A DNA stretch of 64,000 nucleotides. Source: the human T2T-CHM13v2.0 reference genome, Homo sapiens. Every line of letters starts with the position of its first letter. Within the stretch, counting starts at the first letter, position 1. The DNA is taken from the NCBI RefSeq assembly GCF_009914755.1, contig NC_060932.1; one strand, given 5' to 3'. A program made the translations under genes and the position numbers. Shown here in pieces: positions 12,791 through 24,429 of this stretch. The notes beneath the pieces were generated by a model. The model was not told where the DNA came from, ran no database searches, and saw nothing but the letters and a program-made list of their open reading frames with translations.

Positions 12791-13547
12791 ATATTTTAGA
12801 GAATACCTCAAACTGAAGGACAGTAGCCTGCAAATGAAACAAACAAACAAAAACCCAAAACCAAAAAAAAAAAAAAAAATCTAGTGAGCTCCCAGCACAA
12901 TGAAAACTAGACATAACTGAAAGTTTTGAACACAAGGGATACATAAAATATTCTAAAAAATTTCTAGTGAAAGAAAGTAGGTTATTAAGGAAAAAAATCA
13001 GACTAAAAAACACTAGAATAAAGCCTTTAAAATTTGAAGGGGAAAATAATTTCCATCTAGAATTGTTTATACAGTCAAATTAGCAATTAACTACAAGGGT
13101 ATGATAAAGCCATTTTTATAAGTGCAAACACTTGGAACTTTTATCCTTTCCTCAGGAGTTACTTGAGTATGTGCTCCAGCAAAAAGAATGAGTGAATGAA
13201 GAGAGAGGAAGATATAGTCTATGGCAGTGTAAATTTAATTTACAAAATTAATAAAGGAAAGTACAATGATGATGGCTCTACAGTTGATCTAGAGAACCTA
13301 TCTACAGGTCAGAATAAACCAGAGGTAAGAAGATCTGGGATGGCGATCACAAGGAAATCAAAGGGGCCTGAGAGATTTTATAGTATTCTTAAAATGACTT
13401 AAGAAGATGATATAAACAAATAATGCAAAGAAATAAGAAAGCATTTTCGAACTAAAAAAACACAGGAAATAAATGTAATCATGACACTCAACTGGATAGT
13501 GAACAATATTTACATAATTATAAAGATGTAAATAAACACTTTATTGA

Positions 13548-13839
13548 TTTTTTTTTTTTTCAGACTGTCTTGCTCTGTTGCCCAGACTGGAGTGCAGTGG
13601 CGCAATCTCGGCTCACTGAAAGCTCCGCCTCCTGGGTTCACGCCATTCTCCCACCTCAGCCTCCTGAGTAGCTGGGACTACAGGCGCCTGCCACCACACC
13701 CGGCTAATTTTTTTTATTTTTAGTAGAGGCGGGGTTTCACCATATTAGCCAGGATGGTCTCGATCTCCTGACCTCGTGATCCGCCTGCCTCGGCCTCCCA
13801 AAGTGCTGGGATTACAGGCGTGAGCCACTGCACCTGGCC
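13548..13839 (-). mobile_element. AluY
   Basis: aagctccgcctc, cacgccattctc, ttagccaggatggtctcgatctcctgacctcgtgatcc; TSD tgattttt. Confidence 0.97.
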
Positions 13840-14976
13840 TGATTTTTAACTTTTAGAATCATGCCATGTGAAAGCATCAAATAGTATGTTTATAGGATGG
13901 CATGTAAATGGTATTAGCCTTGAAATGTTATAGTACAAGTACACATGTCAGAGGCTAGAAGGTGGAAAGGAATAGTGAAGGGGCTAACATCCTTATTTCA
14001 TAAAGTGGAGAGAACAATAAAGGTGAGCTACATTATTATCTAAAATTAAAAAGGTAATCAACAGAGAAGTACAAATATTGACATAGCTACACTGGGGACA
14101 AGTGAAAGTTGTCGTTAATGTGTTAAATAATTTCTTACTAGAGCAGAACATATATAAATAACAAGTAAACTGAGAAATCTAGAACTAGCTGCCTAAGATT
14201 ATTATCTAGCAGTAACAGCCATTTAAAGAAGTAACTACCAGAAGAAACAAATAACTAAAAGGATTGTCTGTGGAGATGTGAATGGGGACAGAAGAAATTC
14301 ATTAAGACCCTTTACTTTCTTTAAAGTGCAAGTATTTTGATATCTAACCGGATGTCTCAATTAACAGAAGAGTCACGTCTAGGAAGGATGTTTGAAATGT
14401 TACATTAGGAGGCTGACAGCTGTTCCTTCCTGAGGTTTGGAGGTGAGAATTATTGACATAACCCCAGTATCATGGAGCACTCCTCTCTGCAAGTGTAAAG
14501 TGCTGTGTGTTGTTTGAAGAACACTGCATGTGCTATCTTCCTCAGTACTATTCTGGTAAGTAACTTAAATCACCACTAAATATTTTAGCTCTTCTCTCTT
14601 CCTTTCCTCATTATTCTTCTCTCCAGTTTTTTATTCCGTTGTCTCCTTTATAGTTGCCATTTACAAACTGGTTCAAGTTTTTGTTAAAGAGTTTTAAGTT
14701 CTTACGGAGAAAAACACTGGAGTAATTTATATTAAATCATACTTTTGGAATCTCTTGTCCTCGTTTGGACAGGAATATGTGGGGAAATCCAGGGGCTTCT
14801 TCAGAACAGCAAAGCTCTTTCGGGTAAATCCTCTCCTCTGAAAGGGCCTTTCTGTCATTAAGTGATAGACACTCTGGAATGTTGCAAATAGAATAGAGAC
14901 ACTGGAGACCCGCATGCCCCCGTATGCCCATGTGGCTCCATTTTTGCTGGAACAATGGATATCAGCCAGCATCTTC

Positions 14977-15330
14977 TATCTTAGTTTGGGCTGCCATAAT
15001 AAAAATGCCATACACTGTGAGACTTAACCAGCAGAAATTTATTCCTCACAGTCCTGGAGGTCAGGAAGTCCAAGATCAAGGTGCTGGCACATCCAATGTC
15101 TGGTGAGCACACTCTTCCTGCTTTGCAGATGAATGCCTTCTTGTATCTTCATATGATGGAGCAGAGGGAGAGAGGAAGCTCTCTCCTTCTCCTTATATGT
15201 GCACTAATTCCATTTGTGAGGGCTCTATATTCATAAGCTGCCACAGGCCCCAACTCCAAATACCATCATATTGGGCATTAGTCTTCAACATATGAATTTT
15301 AGGGGAGACACCAACATGTAGTTCATAGCA
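14977..15330 (-). mobile_element. MaLR solo LTR (MLT1A-like)
   Basis: tcttagtttgggctgccataa, aatttattcctcacagtcctggagg, aagtccaagatcaaggtgctggca, ttcaacatatgaattttagggg. Confidence 0.85.
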
Positions 15331-15426
15331 GCTTGATATATTCTGAATGCCATTAAATTAAAAAAATAAGGAGACCTAAGTTTATTTTGCAGATCGGTAT
15401 AGTGATTGTAATAAGACAAACCATCC

Positions 15427-15495
15427 TAGTATTGAAAGCCCTGCATCCTGAGAAATCCCCTAGTCCCAGAAAAACTGGAACACTTGGTCACCATA
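15427..15495. mobile_element. MER81-like hAT-Blackjack fragment
   Basis: tagtattgaaagccctgcatcctgagaaatcccctagtcccag...ttggtcacc matches one half of MER81 as I recall it. Confidence 0.55.
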
Positions 15496-15519
15496 TGGTT
15501 AGGATGACTAGTATGAAGC

Positions 15520-15730
15520 CAACTGCTCTGAATAAGATCCCAGATCCACCACTTATTAGCTATGTGAATTTGTCAAAATTATTTCATCTCACTTTTTCTC
15601 AATTATCTTATATAAAAATGAGAATAGTGTACGTACTTAACTGGTAAGGTTATAATAATAAATGATGTAAGACATGTAAAGAACTCAAAATGGTGCCTAG
15701 CACATGTCAAGCACTAAATAAATATTACCT
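15520..15730 (+). mobile_element. MIR
   Basis: ccacttattagctatgtgaatttg...tataaaaatgagaatag...gtgcctagcacat. Confidence 0.7.
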
Positions 15731-16229
15731 AATAACAAAAACAATAATGTTACTATTTTTAAGTGGAAAGATGATTTATTGTATACTAAAGTAAACATAA
15801 TTGTGTAAATGATATCATTTTGTGTTGGAGGTTGATTATGTCAAATGGGACCCATGGATGCTTTAAGATGTCAGCTGAGTGAAAATCAAATATTTAAATG
15901 GTTAATTCTATAAACTCTGCAGAAACAGCTGCCAGGGAAAGCTACACCCCGTGTTTATCAGTGTTGTAGACAAAGCTTGAATAAATAGGTGCTATTAAAA
16001 CAATCCAGTAAACAAAGCTATTTTCATATCTGATTTTAAAATATGAGGTCATGTTCACATAGATGAAATTCAAATGAACATCAGGTATTTATCGTTGACA
16101 AAATAGGTCATAAAATGTGGAATATGGAGAAGTAGAGACAGGGGTTACTAAGTTTGAATTGTTCCAGTACTTATTACTTTTATGATATTAGGAAATTCCT
16201 AGTCTTCCTGAAATTGAGGATTGTAAAAA

Positions 16230-16912
16230 CATACAGTGGATATCTGCTTCTTTTTGTTTGTTTCTTTGCTATACAACTTGTGAACATCCTTCCTGCCTTT
16301 TAGTAATCTCCTAGCAAGTGGGCACTGGTCCCATTATGGAACTGAAGTGGCCAAATACTGCTTCCTCCCGCCTCGCTGTGGTTATAACAGTAGTCATGAA
16401 ACCTTAGCATGAATCAAAATCACATGCAAAACTTTTTAAAACATAGATTGCTGAGCCCTATCCCCAGGGGGTTTGAGAATTTGTGTTTCTAACAAATTCC
16501 CAGGTGATCTTGATGCTGCCGGTTGGGGACTATACCATAAGAACTACTGAGCTAGAATGTGGGGACATGATTTAGGTCAATCAAAGAGATGAAGCTATCT
16601 GGGATTTGAGATAAGGATACAAACATAAGGCTAGCTGAGAAATTATCTGTGGATAGAACAAGCATAACAGGAATCCAACTCTAGCAACGCCAAGTGTTCA
16701 ACGATTGTTATCAAAGCAGGTAGCTTTTAGATTGTTGCTGTGAATGACCTTGGCTGTCTAGGCTTCCTTGATTTTTTACTGTTTCCTGGAGACTAACTCC
16801 ATCACCTTCTGTCAGTCTATGAGCCACGCTATGTCTCTTCAGTAAATTACCTGTATGGGTAAGCTCACCACTGTCAGTTTCTGTTGCATGCATCTAGGAA
16901 CTCTGACTAGAG
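16230..16912 (+). mobile_element. Old MaLR/ERVL LTR interrupted by MER5A
   Basis: LTR-type 3' end cagtaaattacc...tcagtttctgttgcatgcatctaggaactctgacta. Confidence 0.5.
16388..16549 (-). mobile_element. MER5A (hAT-Charlie MITE)
   Basis: cagtagt...aaaacatagattgctgagccc...tttctaacaaattcccaggtgat...agaactactg; both TIRs present. Confidence 0.85.
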
Positions 16913-16999
16913 GAGCAATGTTATCAATGAGTAAGCCAGGACTTAAACTGTTGTCAGCCAGGGGTGTCAGTAACTCAAGCTTTGACAATAACTGAGTAA

Positions 17000-17740
17000 G
17001 TGATAGAGGAATGCTCTCAGTACTATATGAGCACAGAGGAGAGGATTTAATCCAAGTGACTGGCAATTGAGGGATAGGAAATGGGGGAAGAGTATGTTTG
17101 AAGAGGATGTTCAAGGCAGATAATAGCAGGATAAAATGAGAGCTGTAAGTAGGAATGAATTTATGGAAAACCTTGTGTGCCCGGCAAGGGAATTTAGATG
17201 ATCATCTGCAGGTCCACATTTCCTAGGAATCACTCTGGAGATTCTAAGGTAGGACCCCATAATCTAATTTTTTAATTAATCTTATGATCAAGCAGACTTG
17301 AAAATACTGCCCCAGATAACAAGAAGCACTCGGGGATCTTATGTTTGGGAGGGCATGTCTTCCTAGAATACTCTCTGACAGTTTGATGAAGACAGAGTTA
17401 AGGGGTGAAAGATGGGAAGCAGGCAGGCCAAGTAGGATGTTGCTATAATTGTTGGGGCAAGAAATGGTATGTGCCTCAATAAGTGCAGTCACTGCAAGGA
17501 AAATGATTCAAAATAAATTATAAACAACAGATTCCCAGGTGATCTTGATGCTGCTGGTTGGGGACTATACCATAAGAACTACTGTTGATCAATTAGTATT
17601 CAAGAGATGATGGGATTTAGGGTGAGGAAGAAGGGGAGGAGTCTGTAAGGACATCTCCCAGGACTTGGAACTTGGGTGATGGATGGACACGTGAATGTTC
17701 CTTTTCAAAAAGTCTGGAGGGAAATCTAAGGTGCAAGACA
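17000..17740 (-). mobile_element. L2 remnant
   Basis: Purine-rich antisense L2 motifs (gccttgtgtgcc-like, ggaagcaggcaggccaagtagga, ggaggagtc..aaggac). Confidence 0.6.
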
Positions 17741-17997
17741 GAGCAGCGGAGAGAAGCAGTGTCCAGGAAAGCGGTATAATTTTTTCTGATAATAGTATAG
17801 AGAAGCTTGAAATGGCTTACAGAAGGGGAGAATGCTGAGATCCTCAGCACACTCTAAATATTGTTGCATAGACTTCTGCCAGAGAAGAAGAATTGAAATT
17901 ATTATTTATTATTGTTCTATTCACATGATATCTCCTTCTCAGGCTGGGATGCTTGTCTCACACATAAAAGGAATGCTATAGCAAGAGAGTACCACAT

Positions 17998-18070
17998 TGT
18001 GTTTGCGTGTGTGTGTGTGTGTGTGCATGTGGTGTATGTGTGTGTGTGTTGCGTATGTTTCATATGTGTG
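17998..18070. repeat. Imperfect (TG)n microsatellite
   Basis: Visible TG runs. Confidence 0.9.
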
Positions 18071-18904
18071 ATGTGGGATACTTTTTCTAATGTGACTTCA
18101 CAGCATTATCCAAAGTTTCTATAGGTATCCTTTAACACAGTCTCAGACTAGGGCATAAAGGGGCTCAGAGAGTCTGTCTTTTGTTGTAGCAATGTAGTCA
18201 GGAGAGGGAAGTGAGAGATGATTTAGCCAAGAAAAACTCAGATAGGGGAAGGAGATGCTGTTGTATGAGGCAACACAGAACAGTGGGGCTTATGTTGCTG
18301 AAAGCCACTTAAAGTCACTGGCCCGAACATGTGATCCCACTGCAAACCGAGTTCTCCCTATGTGACTCACTGAATGACACAGTGTGAGCTATTTGACTTC
18401 CGGTTTCCTGCCCCATTTAACAGGAATAAAAAAGCAGATAGAGGTTTTATTGTAGTAAACAACAAATTAACATAAAAGATGTTGCATGCACAATAAAATA
18501 TTCTTGTTAAAAGGTGAAATGATTGACAAATTTAGCATTAAAAATAATATCCTTTTGCATCAGTGTTTATACAGGAATTTCAGACCTCATTTCTAAACAC
18601 TGTTGTCATTCATACAGTTTCATTCACTGATTTGGTGCTGTGGCATGTTAATTATTTTTTCTCAGAAGTCTTTCTAGTTTGAGAGATTCACAGTTCTTTC
18701 TAAAATTCAAACCAGAAAAGTAAATAATTAATGCTAGTATACTTAATCTTCCTACATCTTTAGAAGTGAAGAAACACAAGTATATCTTTATGGGATCATG
18801 TCCCCTTTGATCTTCACAGTCTTTCATAGCAGATTTTTTCCTTTAAACACAGAATAATTGATACCAATAGAGCTAAATGTGTTAAACACTAAAAGATAAA
18901 CACT

Positions 18905-19060
18905 GACAGTACATAGTGTTTATATTTAAACAAAATAACAAGGAAATACTTGTTTAATGCTCATAAATTCCCTCTGAAGTTAGTACTATGATTATTCCAA
19001 TATCACAAATGAGAACACTGTGACTTGGTGAATTTAAGCAACTGGGCCAAGGCCAAACAA
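18905..19060 (-). mobile_element. MIR (interrupted by L1PA)
   Basis: tttaatgctcataa..attattccaatatcacaaatgagaacactg..aagcaactgggccaaggcca. Confidence 0.6.
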
Positions 19061-19069
19061 CTAAGTCTT

Positions 19070-20428
19070 TTTTTATTCCATTATTCTCATTATTTATTTA
19101 TTTATTTATTTATTTATCTTTCCAACTTTTATTTAAGTTCAGGGTGGTATATATGCAAGCTATTTCATGGGTAAATTGTGTGATGCAAGGGTTTGGCATA
19201 CAGATTATTTCATCACCCAGGTAATAACCATAGTACCCAATAGGTAGTTTTTCAATCCTCACTCTCCTTCCACCCTCCACCCTCTTGCAAGCACCAGTGT
19301 CTGCTGTTTCCTTCTTTGTGTCCATGTGTACCCAATGTTTAGCTCCCACTTATAAGTGAGGACATTCAGTATTTGGTTTTCTGTTCTTGCATTAATTCGT
19401 TTAGGATAATGGCCTCCAGCTGCATCCATGTTCCTGCAAAGGACATGGCCTCATTCTATTTTATGGCTGCATAGTATTGCATAGTGTATATGTACTACAT
19501 TTCCTTTATCCAGTCCACCATTGATGGACATTTAGATTGATTCCATGTATTTGCTATTGTGAATAGTGCTGCTATGAACATATGCATGCATGTGTCTTTA
19601 TGGTAGAATGATTTATATTCCTTTGGGTATATACCCAGTAATAGAATTGCTGGGTTGAATGGTAGTTCTGTTTTGAGTTCTTTGAGAAATCCTCAGACTG
19701 CTTTCCACAGTTACATTTCCACCTGATGTAAATTAGGTTGAACTAATTTACATTCCCACCAACAGCAGAGTATAAGCACTCACTTTTCTCTGCAGTGGCA
19801 CCAGCATCTGTTATTTTTTGAAATAATAGCCATTCTGACTGGTATGAGATGATAGCTCACTGTAGTCTTTATTTGCTTTTCTCTAATAATTAGTGATATT
19901 GAGCATTTTTTCATATACTTGTTGGCTGTGCGTATGCCCTTGTTTTGAGAAGTGTCTGTTCGTGTCTTTTGACTATTTTTTAATGGAGTTGGTTTTGCTT
20001 ATTTATCTAAGTTCCTCATAAATTCTGGATATGAGACCTTTGTCAGATACATAATTTGCAAATATTTTCTCTCCTTCTTTAGGTTGTCTGTTTACTCTAT
20101 TGATAGTTCTTTCACTGTGCAGAAACTCTTTAGTTTAATGAGGTCCCATTAGTCAATTTTTGTTTTTGTCACAATTGCTTTTGGGGTCTTCGTCATGAAA
20201 TCTTTGCCAGGGCCTATGTCCAGAATGGTATTTCCTAGGTTTTCTTCTAGAATTTTTATAGTTTCAGGTTTTACATAAATCTTTAATCCATCTTGAGTTG
20301 ATTTTTATATATGGCCTAAGGAAGGGGTCCAGTTTCAGTGTTCTGCATATGGCTAGCCAGTTATTCCAGCAACATTTATTGAATAGGGAGTCCTTTCCCC
20401 TTTGCTTGTTTTTGTCAACTTTGCAGTG
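19070..20428 (-). mobile_element. 5'-truncated L1PA15/16-like LINE-1
   Basis: catcacccaggtaataa, catgaaatctttgccagggcctatgtccagaatgg; (TTTA)n tail; TSD actaagtctt at 19060-19069 and 20429-20438. Confidence 0.95.
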
Positions 20429-21168
20429 ACTAAGTCTTATAACTGGCTTTCAAATTCCTGTTTGATCCTTTCTCAGAGACAGAAGGAAAAACAGTAATCT
20501 GAGAAGCTTTGCTTTTGTTTCCTTTACCAGTTTTTCCTTGCTTAGCTCACACCAGCTGCCTGTGTTCAGAGACACTTTATAACCTTGCTATTACATCAAT
20601 GCATTTAAAGAAAATTATTCCTTTCACATATTTCTACCAGTGGTTTTTTACCCCCAAAATGAGAATTTGGTCATGTTATGCTTCTCTTTGAAAATATCCA
20701 GCAGCAATTTATTGCTTAAAGGATAGTTTAAACTCCATAACATGGCATGATACTGATAAACATATTAAATGAGAAACATTTACAATAATTGTTCCATATC
20801 TTAGTTTTTGTTAAAACACTCCTGTGAGAAAGGCACATGTCAAATATTCTCCCCAAATCGTAAACTGATGAAACACAGCTGAATTACTTTCCAAAGATAT
20901 CTAGGAATTAGACGATGGAGCAAAGAACAAATCATATTTCATAGTCTCCTAGTTTACTCTATAACAATTTTAAAGAATCTTTTATCTTTATATCAGCTTT
21001 GACACATACAATAGGCACTCTGACATGTACCACACATTCCCACGTGCATACTAATAACTTATCCTATTGCTGGTTCTTTACAAAATCTCTCTTTTCTATA
21101 CCACTCATGACATCATATTAGAGTATGATTGTGAATGAGGGGTAATGTAGTATCAAGGATATGAATGC

Positions 21169-21597
21169 TTGCAATAGCCAAGCTGTGGAATCAACCTGTG
21201 TCCATCAACAGATGAATGGGTAAAGAAATGTGGTATATATTCAAAATGGAATACCATTCCTCCTTAAAAAAGTAGAAAATTCTGTCATTTGTGACAACAT
21301 GAATGAACCTAGAGGACATTATGCTAAATGAAATAAGATGGGCATAGAAAGATGAATACCACATGTTCTCACCTATATGTGGAATCCAAAATGATGGAAC
21401 TCAGAAGCAGAGACTAGAATGGTGTAGGAGGAGGTCAGTCAGAGGGTACAAAGTTGCAGCTGGGAGAAATAAATAATAATCATTTAAGGTGATGGATATG
21501 GTAATTAGCTTGCTTCAATCATTCCACACTGTATACATATATCATAACATCACTGTTTACCCCATAATTATATACAATTAGAATTTGTCAAAAAAAA
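21169..21597 (+). mobile_element. 5'-truncated L1MA (L1MA8/9-like) 3' end
   Basis: tgtccatcaacagatgaatgg, gaacctagaggacattatgcta, poly-A; TSD aaggata(t/a)gaatgc at 21155-21168 and 21598-21611. Confidence 0.9.
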
Positions 21598-21708
21598 AAG
21601 GATAAGAATGCATGTTTTAAATATATATATATAGGAATTTGGGTTTAGGTTCTGATACCTACATGGCTGTAAGACTCTGGGACAAATTGCCGAACCCCTT
21701 ACCACCAC

Positions 21709-22012
21709 TTTTTTGTTTTGTTTTTTGAGATAAGGTCTTACTCTGTTTCCCAGGCTGGAGCACAGTGGTGCAATCATGGTTCACTGAAGCCTCTGCCTTC
21801 CAGGCTGAAGTGATCCTCCTACTTCAGCCTCATGAGTAGCTGGGACTACTGGCATGTGACAACATACCTGGCTAATTAAAAGAAAAAAAATGTATAGATG
21901 AGATCTCACTATGTTACCCAGGCTGGTCTCAAACTCTCCTGGGCTCAAGCTGTTCTCCCATGTTGACCTTCCAAAGTGCTGGCATTACAAGCAGGAGCCA
22001 CCATGCTTGGCC
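21709..22012 (-). mobile_element. AluJ
   Basis: gtgcaatcatggttcactg, ctcactatgttacccaggctggtctcaaactc, gggctcaagc. Confidence 0.95.
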
Positions 22013-22689
22013 TTTGAACCTCTTTAAGTCCCAATTTTCTTATCTGTAAAATGGGAAGAATAAAATATAGATCTTAGAGATTTTATGAGAATGGAATAAG
22101 ATATTTGTAAAGTGCTTAGCACTTTTGACATATAAAAATTGTCCAAGAAATGCTCGTTTTAAAACTGTTCTGCTCTAATTTGTTTAGAAATTTCCTGTTT
22201 AGGGGTTTGAACTCTATTTTATTAACATGTTCCTTGCAACACAATCTCCTGATGGATCATGACACAGCAGTGTGTGATGATACCATGTTCCAGATAATAC
22301 ATCTTTAAAGTGGTTAACTAGTCGGGGGCACTGTCAGAAATCTCCCATGCAGTGTGACCTCCTCCAGATTTGGGCAAGCCTGAAAAGCAGGTACAGAGCA
22401 CAGAAAGCAAGTGACGTAGCCTCTCTATCACAGCATCCCCAAACTGTTACTAAGTAGAAATGCAGAACAGAATATGAAGGCAAATTGCTGCAGTCAGTGG
22501 TTTATTATCTACAAGGCTTTTGAAAAGAACATTCTCTTGTATTAGGATGCCATTTGGGGCTAATAAATATTATACAAGCATTAAAGACATTTTTGCAATT
22601 GCTTATGTACTAATCGAAATATTGCCGATTCTAGGATTAATAAGAGCAGTACTAAAGCTGCTAAAAGCCAAACGTTTGACATCATCTGG

Positions 22690-22900
22690 AGCCCATTCAA
22701 GTCTTTGCTCCTTCTCTTACCAGCTTTATGTTCTTGAGTAACTTACGTGTCATCTCTGAATCTCTTTACACAGCTGTGCAATGGGAATAATAATAGGACT
22801 TACTTCATAGGTAGGTTGGTTGAGGATTAAATGAAACAATACATATAAATGCTTAGTACAGTACCTGGCTCATCTTAATGACTCAAACAATATTAACACT
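22690..22900 (+). mobile_element. MIR
   Basis: aatgggaataataataggacttacttcatagg..tgaggattaaatga..gcttagtacagtacctggc. Confidence 0.75.
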
Positions 22901-24294
22901 CATTTTTCTCATATGAAATATTTAACCAGTTTCTTATTTTATTTCATTTGAAATAGTCTTATTTTTATATCTAAGTTTATCCTCCCTTCCCTCTCCATAC
23001 CACACACAGTTTTTCTCATCTCTGGGATTCAAAGAAATTGTGTATACAGCAAAGAAACCTCAACTGGGATGAAATGGAGCTGGATGACAGAGGACCTAGT
23101 GTTTGGGTTTCTTGGAAGAGCCTTAACTGGGACGTTGGTCAGGAAATGTTACCAATGCTATTTGTCATGCTAAAAGGAGATGTGACCAAATAGAAAGGAC
23201 TGTGGGGACCATGAAAGGAGAGTAAATAGGCTCTGGCTGGTTCTGAATTCTGGGATCTCATTAACAGTCATCAGGAGCAGACAAGCTGGTCGTGTTCTGG
23301 GGCCTTCCAATTTGTGCCACAGAAAGGCTCTCAGAGAAAAGTGCCACTTAAGCCTTCCTGTCATGCCTGGGAGTGTCAGAAAGTTGTTTGGTATGACTCA
23401 AAGCCTGATTATAGTTTGGCTTGTAAAACCACCATCTGCCTGCATGATTTATCTCAGCCTTTTTAACAATATGGTTTTAGTTATAGCATTGGGAGTTTTT
23501 AGGTGTGATAAATGGTAAGAGTAAATTACCCCTTGAGATGAAGAAACATATGTTATGAAGATTAGCATTATCAAGCAGTTTATAATGTATTTTGTTCTTA
23601 AGGGAAAATTTTATGGAAATTTGAATCATCAATTACAATGAATCTGAAGTACCACCAAGAGTTGCTTCACTCCCCCATCTTTCTAAATTAATTAGTGCTG
23701 TCCTCATTTTCAATAGAACGGAGTGGCTGCCTTTTGTTCGGCTTGCCTAACAATGCAATTGCAGACCAAACTAGTGCCTGGAAGAATTCACATAGCTGCT
23801 TGAAAATTCAGTAACGTTGCAGGACATTGGACAGAAAACCCAAGATGTCTGGGACTATCAGGAAAGTTGTCAAAAAAATGTAATAGAAGATTATGGCCTA
23901 ATCTGCAGCCTGTTTTTCTTAGCGTGGTGCCTCTTCAACATCTTCTAATCTATTCCTCTTTTGCTTTCACTTATATCCCTCCAACTGCCTCAGATAAACA
24001 CACTTATGTATACATAAATGTGCTTTAATATTCATACGTCTAACATATTTATCCCTTCTTCAATCTTCCTCTTTTATGAAAAAAATAGAACAAGCTTTAG
24101 GAATCAGATGACTATAATGTTGTTTTTCGAATGATTTTAAACTTATTACTTGACAATTATGCATTCATTAGTAGTTCAGAAAACTAGCAATTTCACATGT
24201 AAGAAGTTAATTTCTTAGGTTAACAAAGATTACACAAGGCACAGGGAATGCAAAGAAGCTAAATAAACACTTGTTGTTTCTTTATTGTTGTTGT

Positions 24295-24429
24295 TGGTTA
24301 TAATTCCCTCTAAGCTGTAAGCCCTATGAAGATGGAAATTGTGTCTGATTTTTCCACCATTATATTGTCAACACTTAAAACAATGTCCAGTGTATAGAAA
24401 GTGCTCAATAAACGTGCAAAGTGAATGAT
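24295..24429 (+). mobile_element. L2 3' end
   Basis: aagctgtaagccctatgaag..tgtgtctg..gtgctcaataaa..tgaatga. Confidence 0.75.

Larger units (their letters stand above)
11590..14345 (+). mobile_element. HAL1 (half-L1, ORF1 only) remnant, interrupted by Charlie1 and AluY
   Basis: Decayed ORF1 (gatccaacatataaccaatgggattcca; tctagaattgtttatacagtcaaattagca), then HAL1-type ttacttgagtatgtgctccagcaaaa..gagagaggaagat and aagtaactaccagaag; no ORF2. Confidence 0.65.
21140..22155 (+). mobile_element. MIR split by an L1MA and an AluJ
   Basis: Colinear MIR pieces at ~21140-21168, ~21632-21700 and ~22015-22155 (ttttcttatctgtaaaatggg; gtaaagtgcttagcac). Confidence 0.6.
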
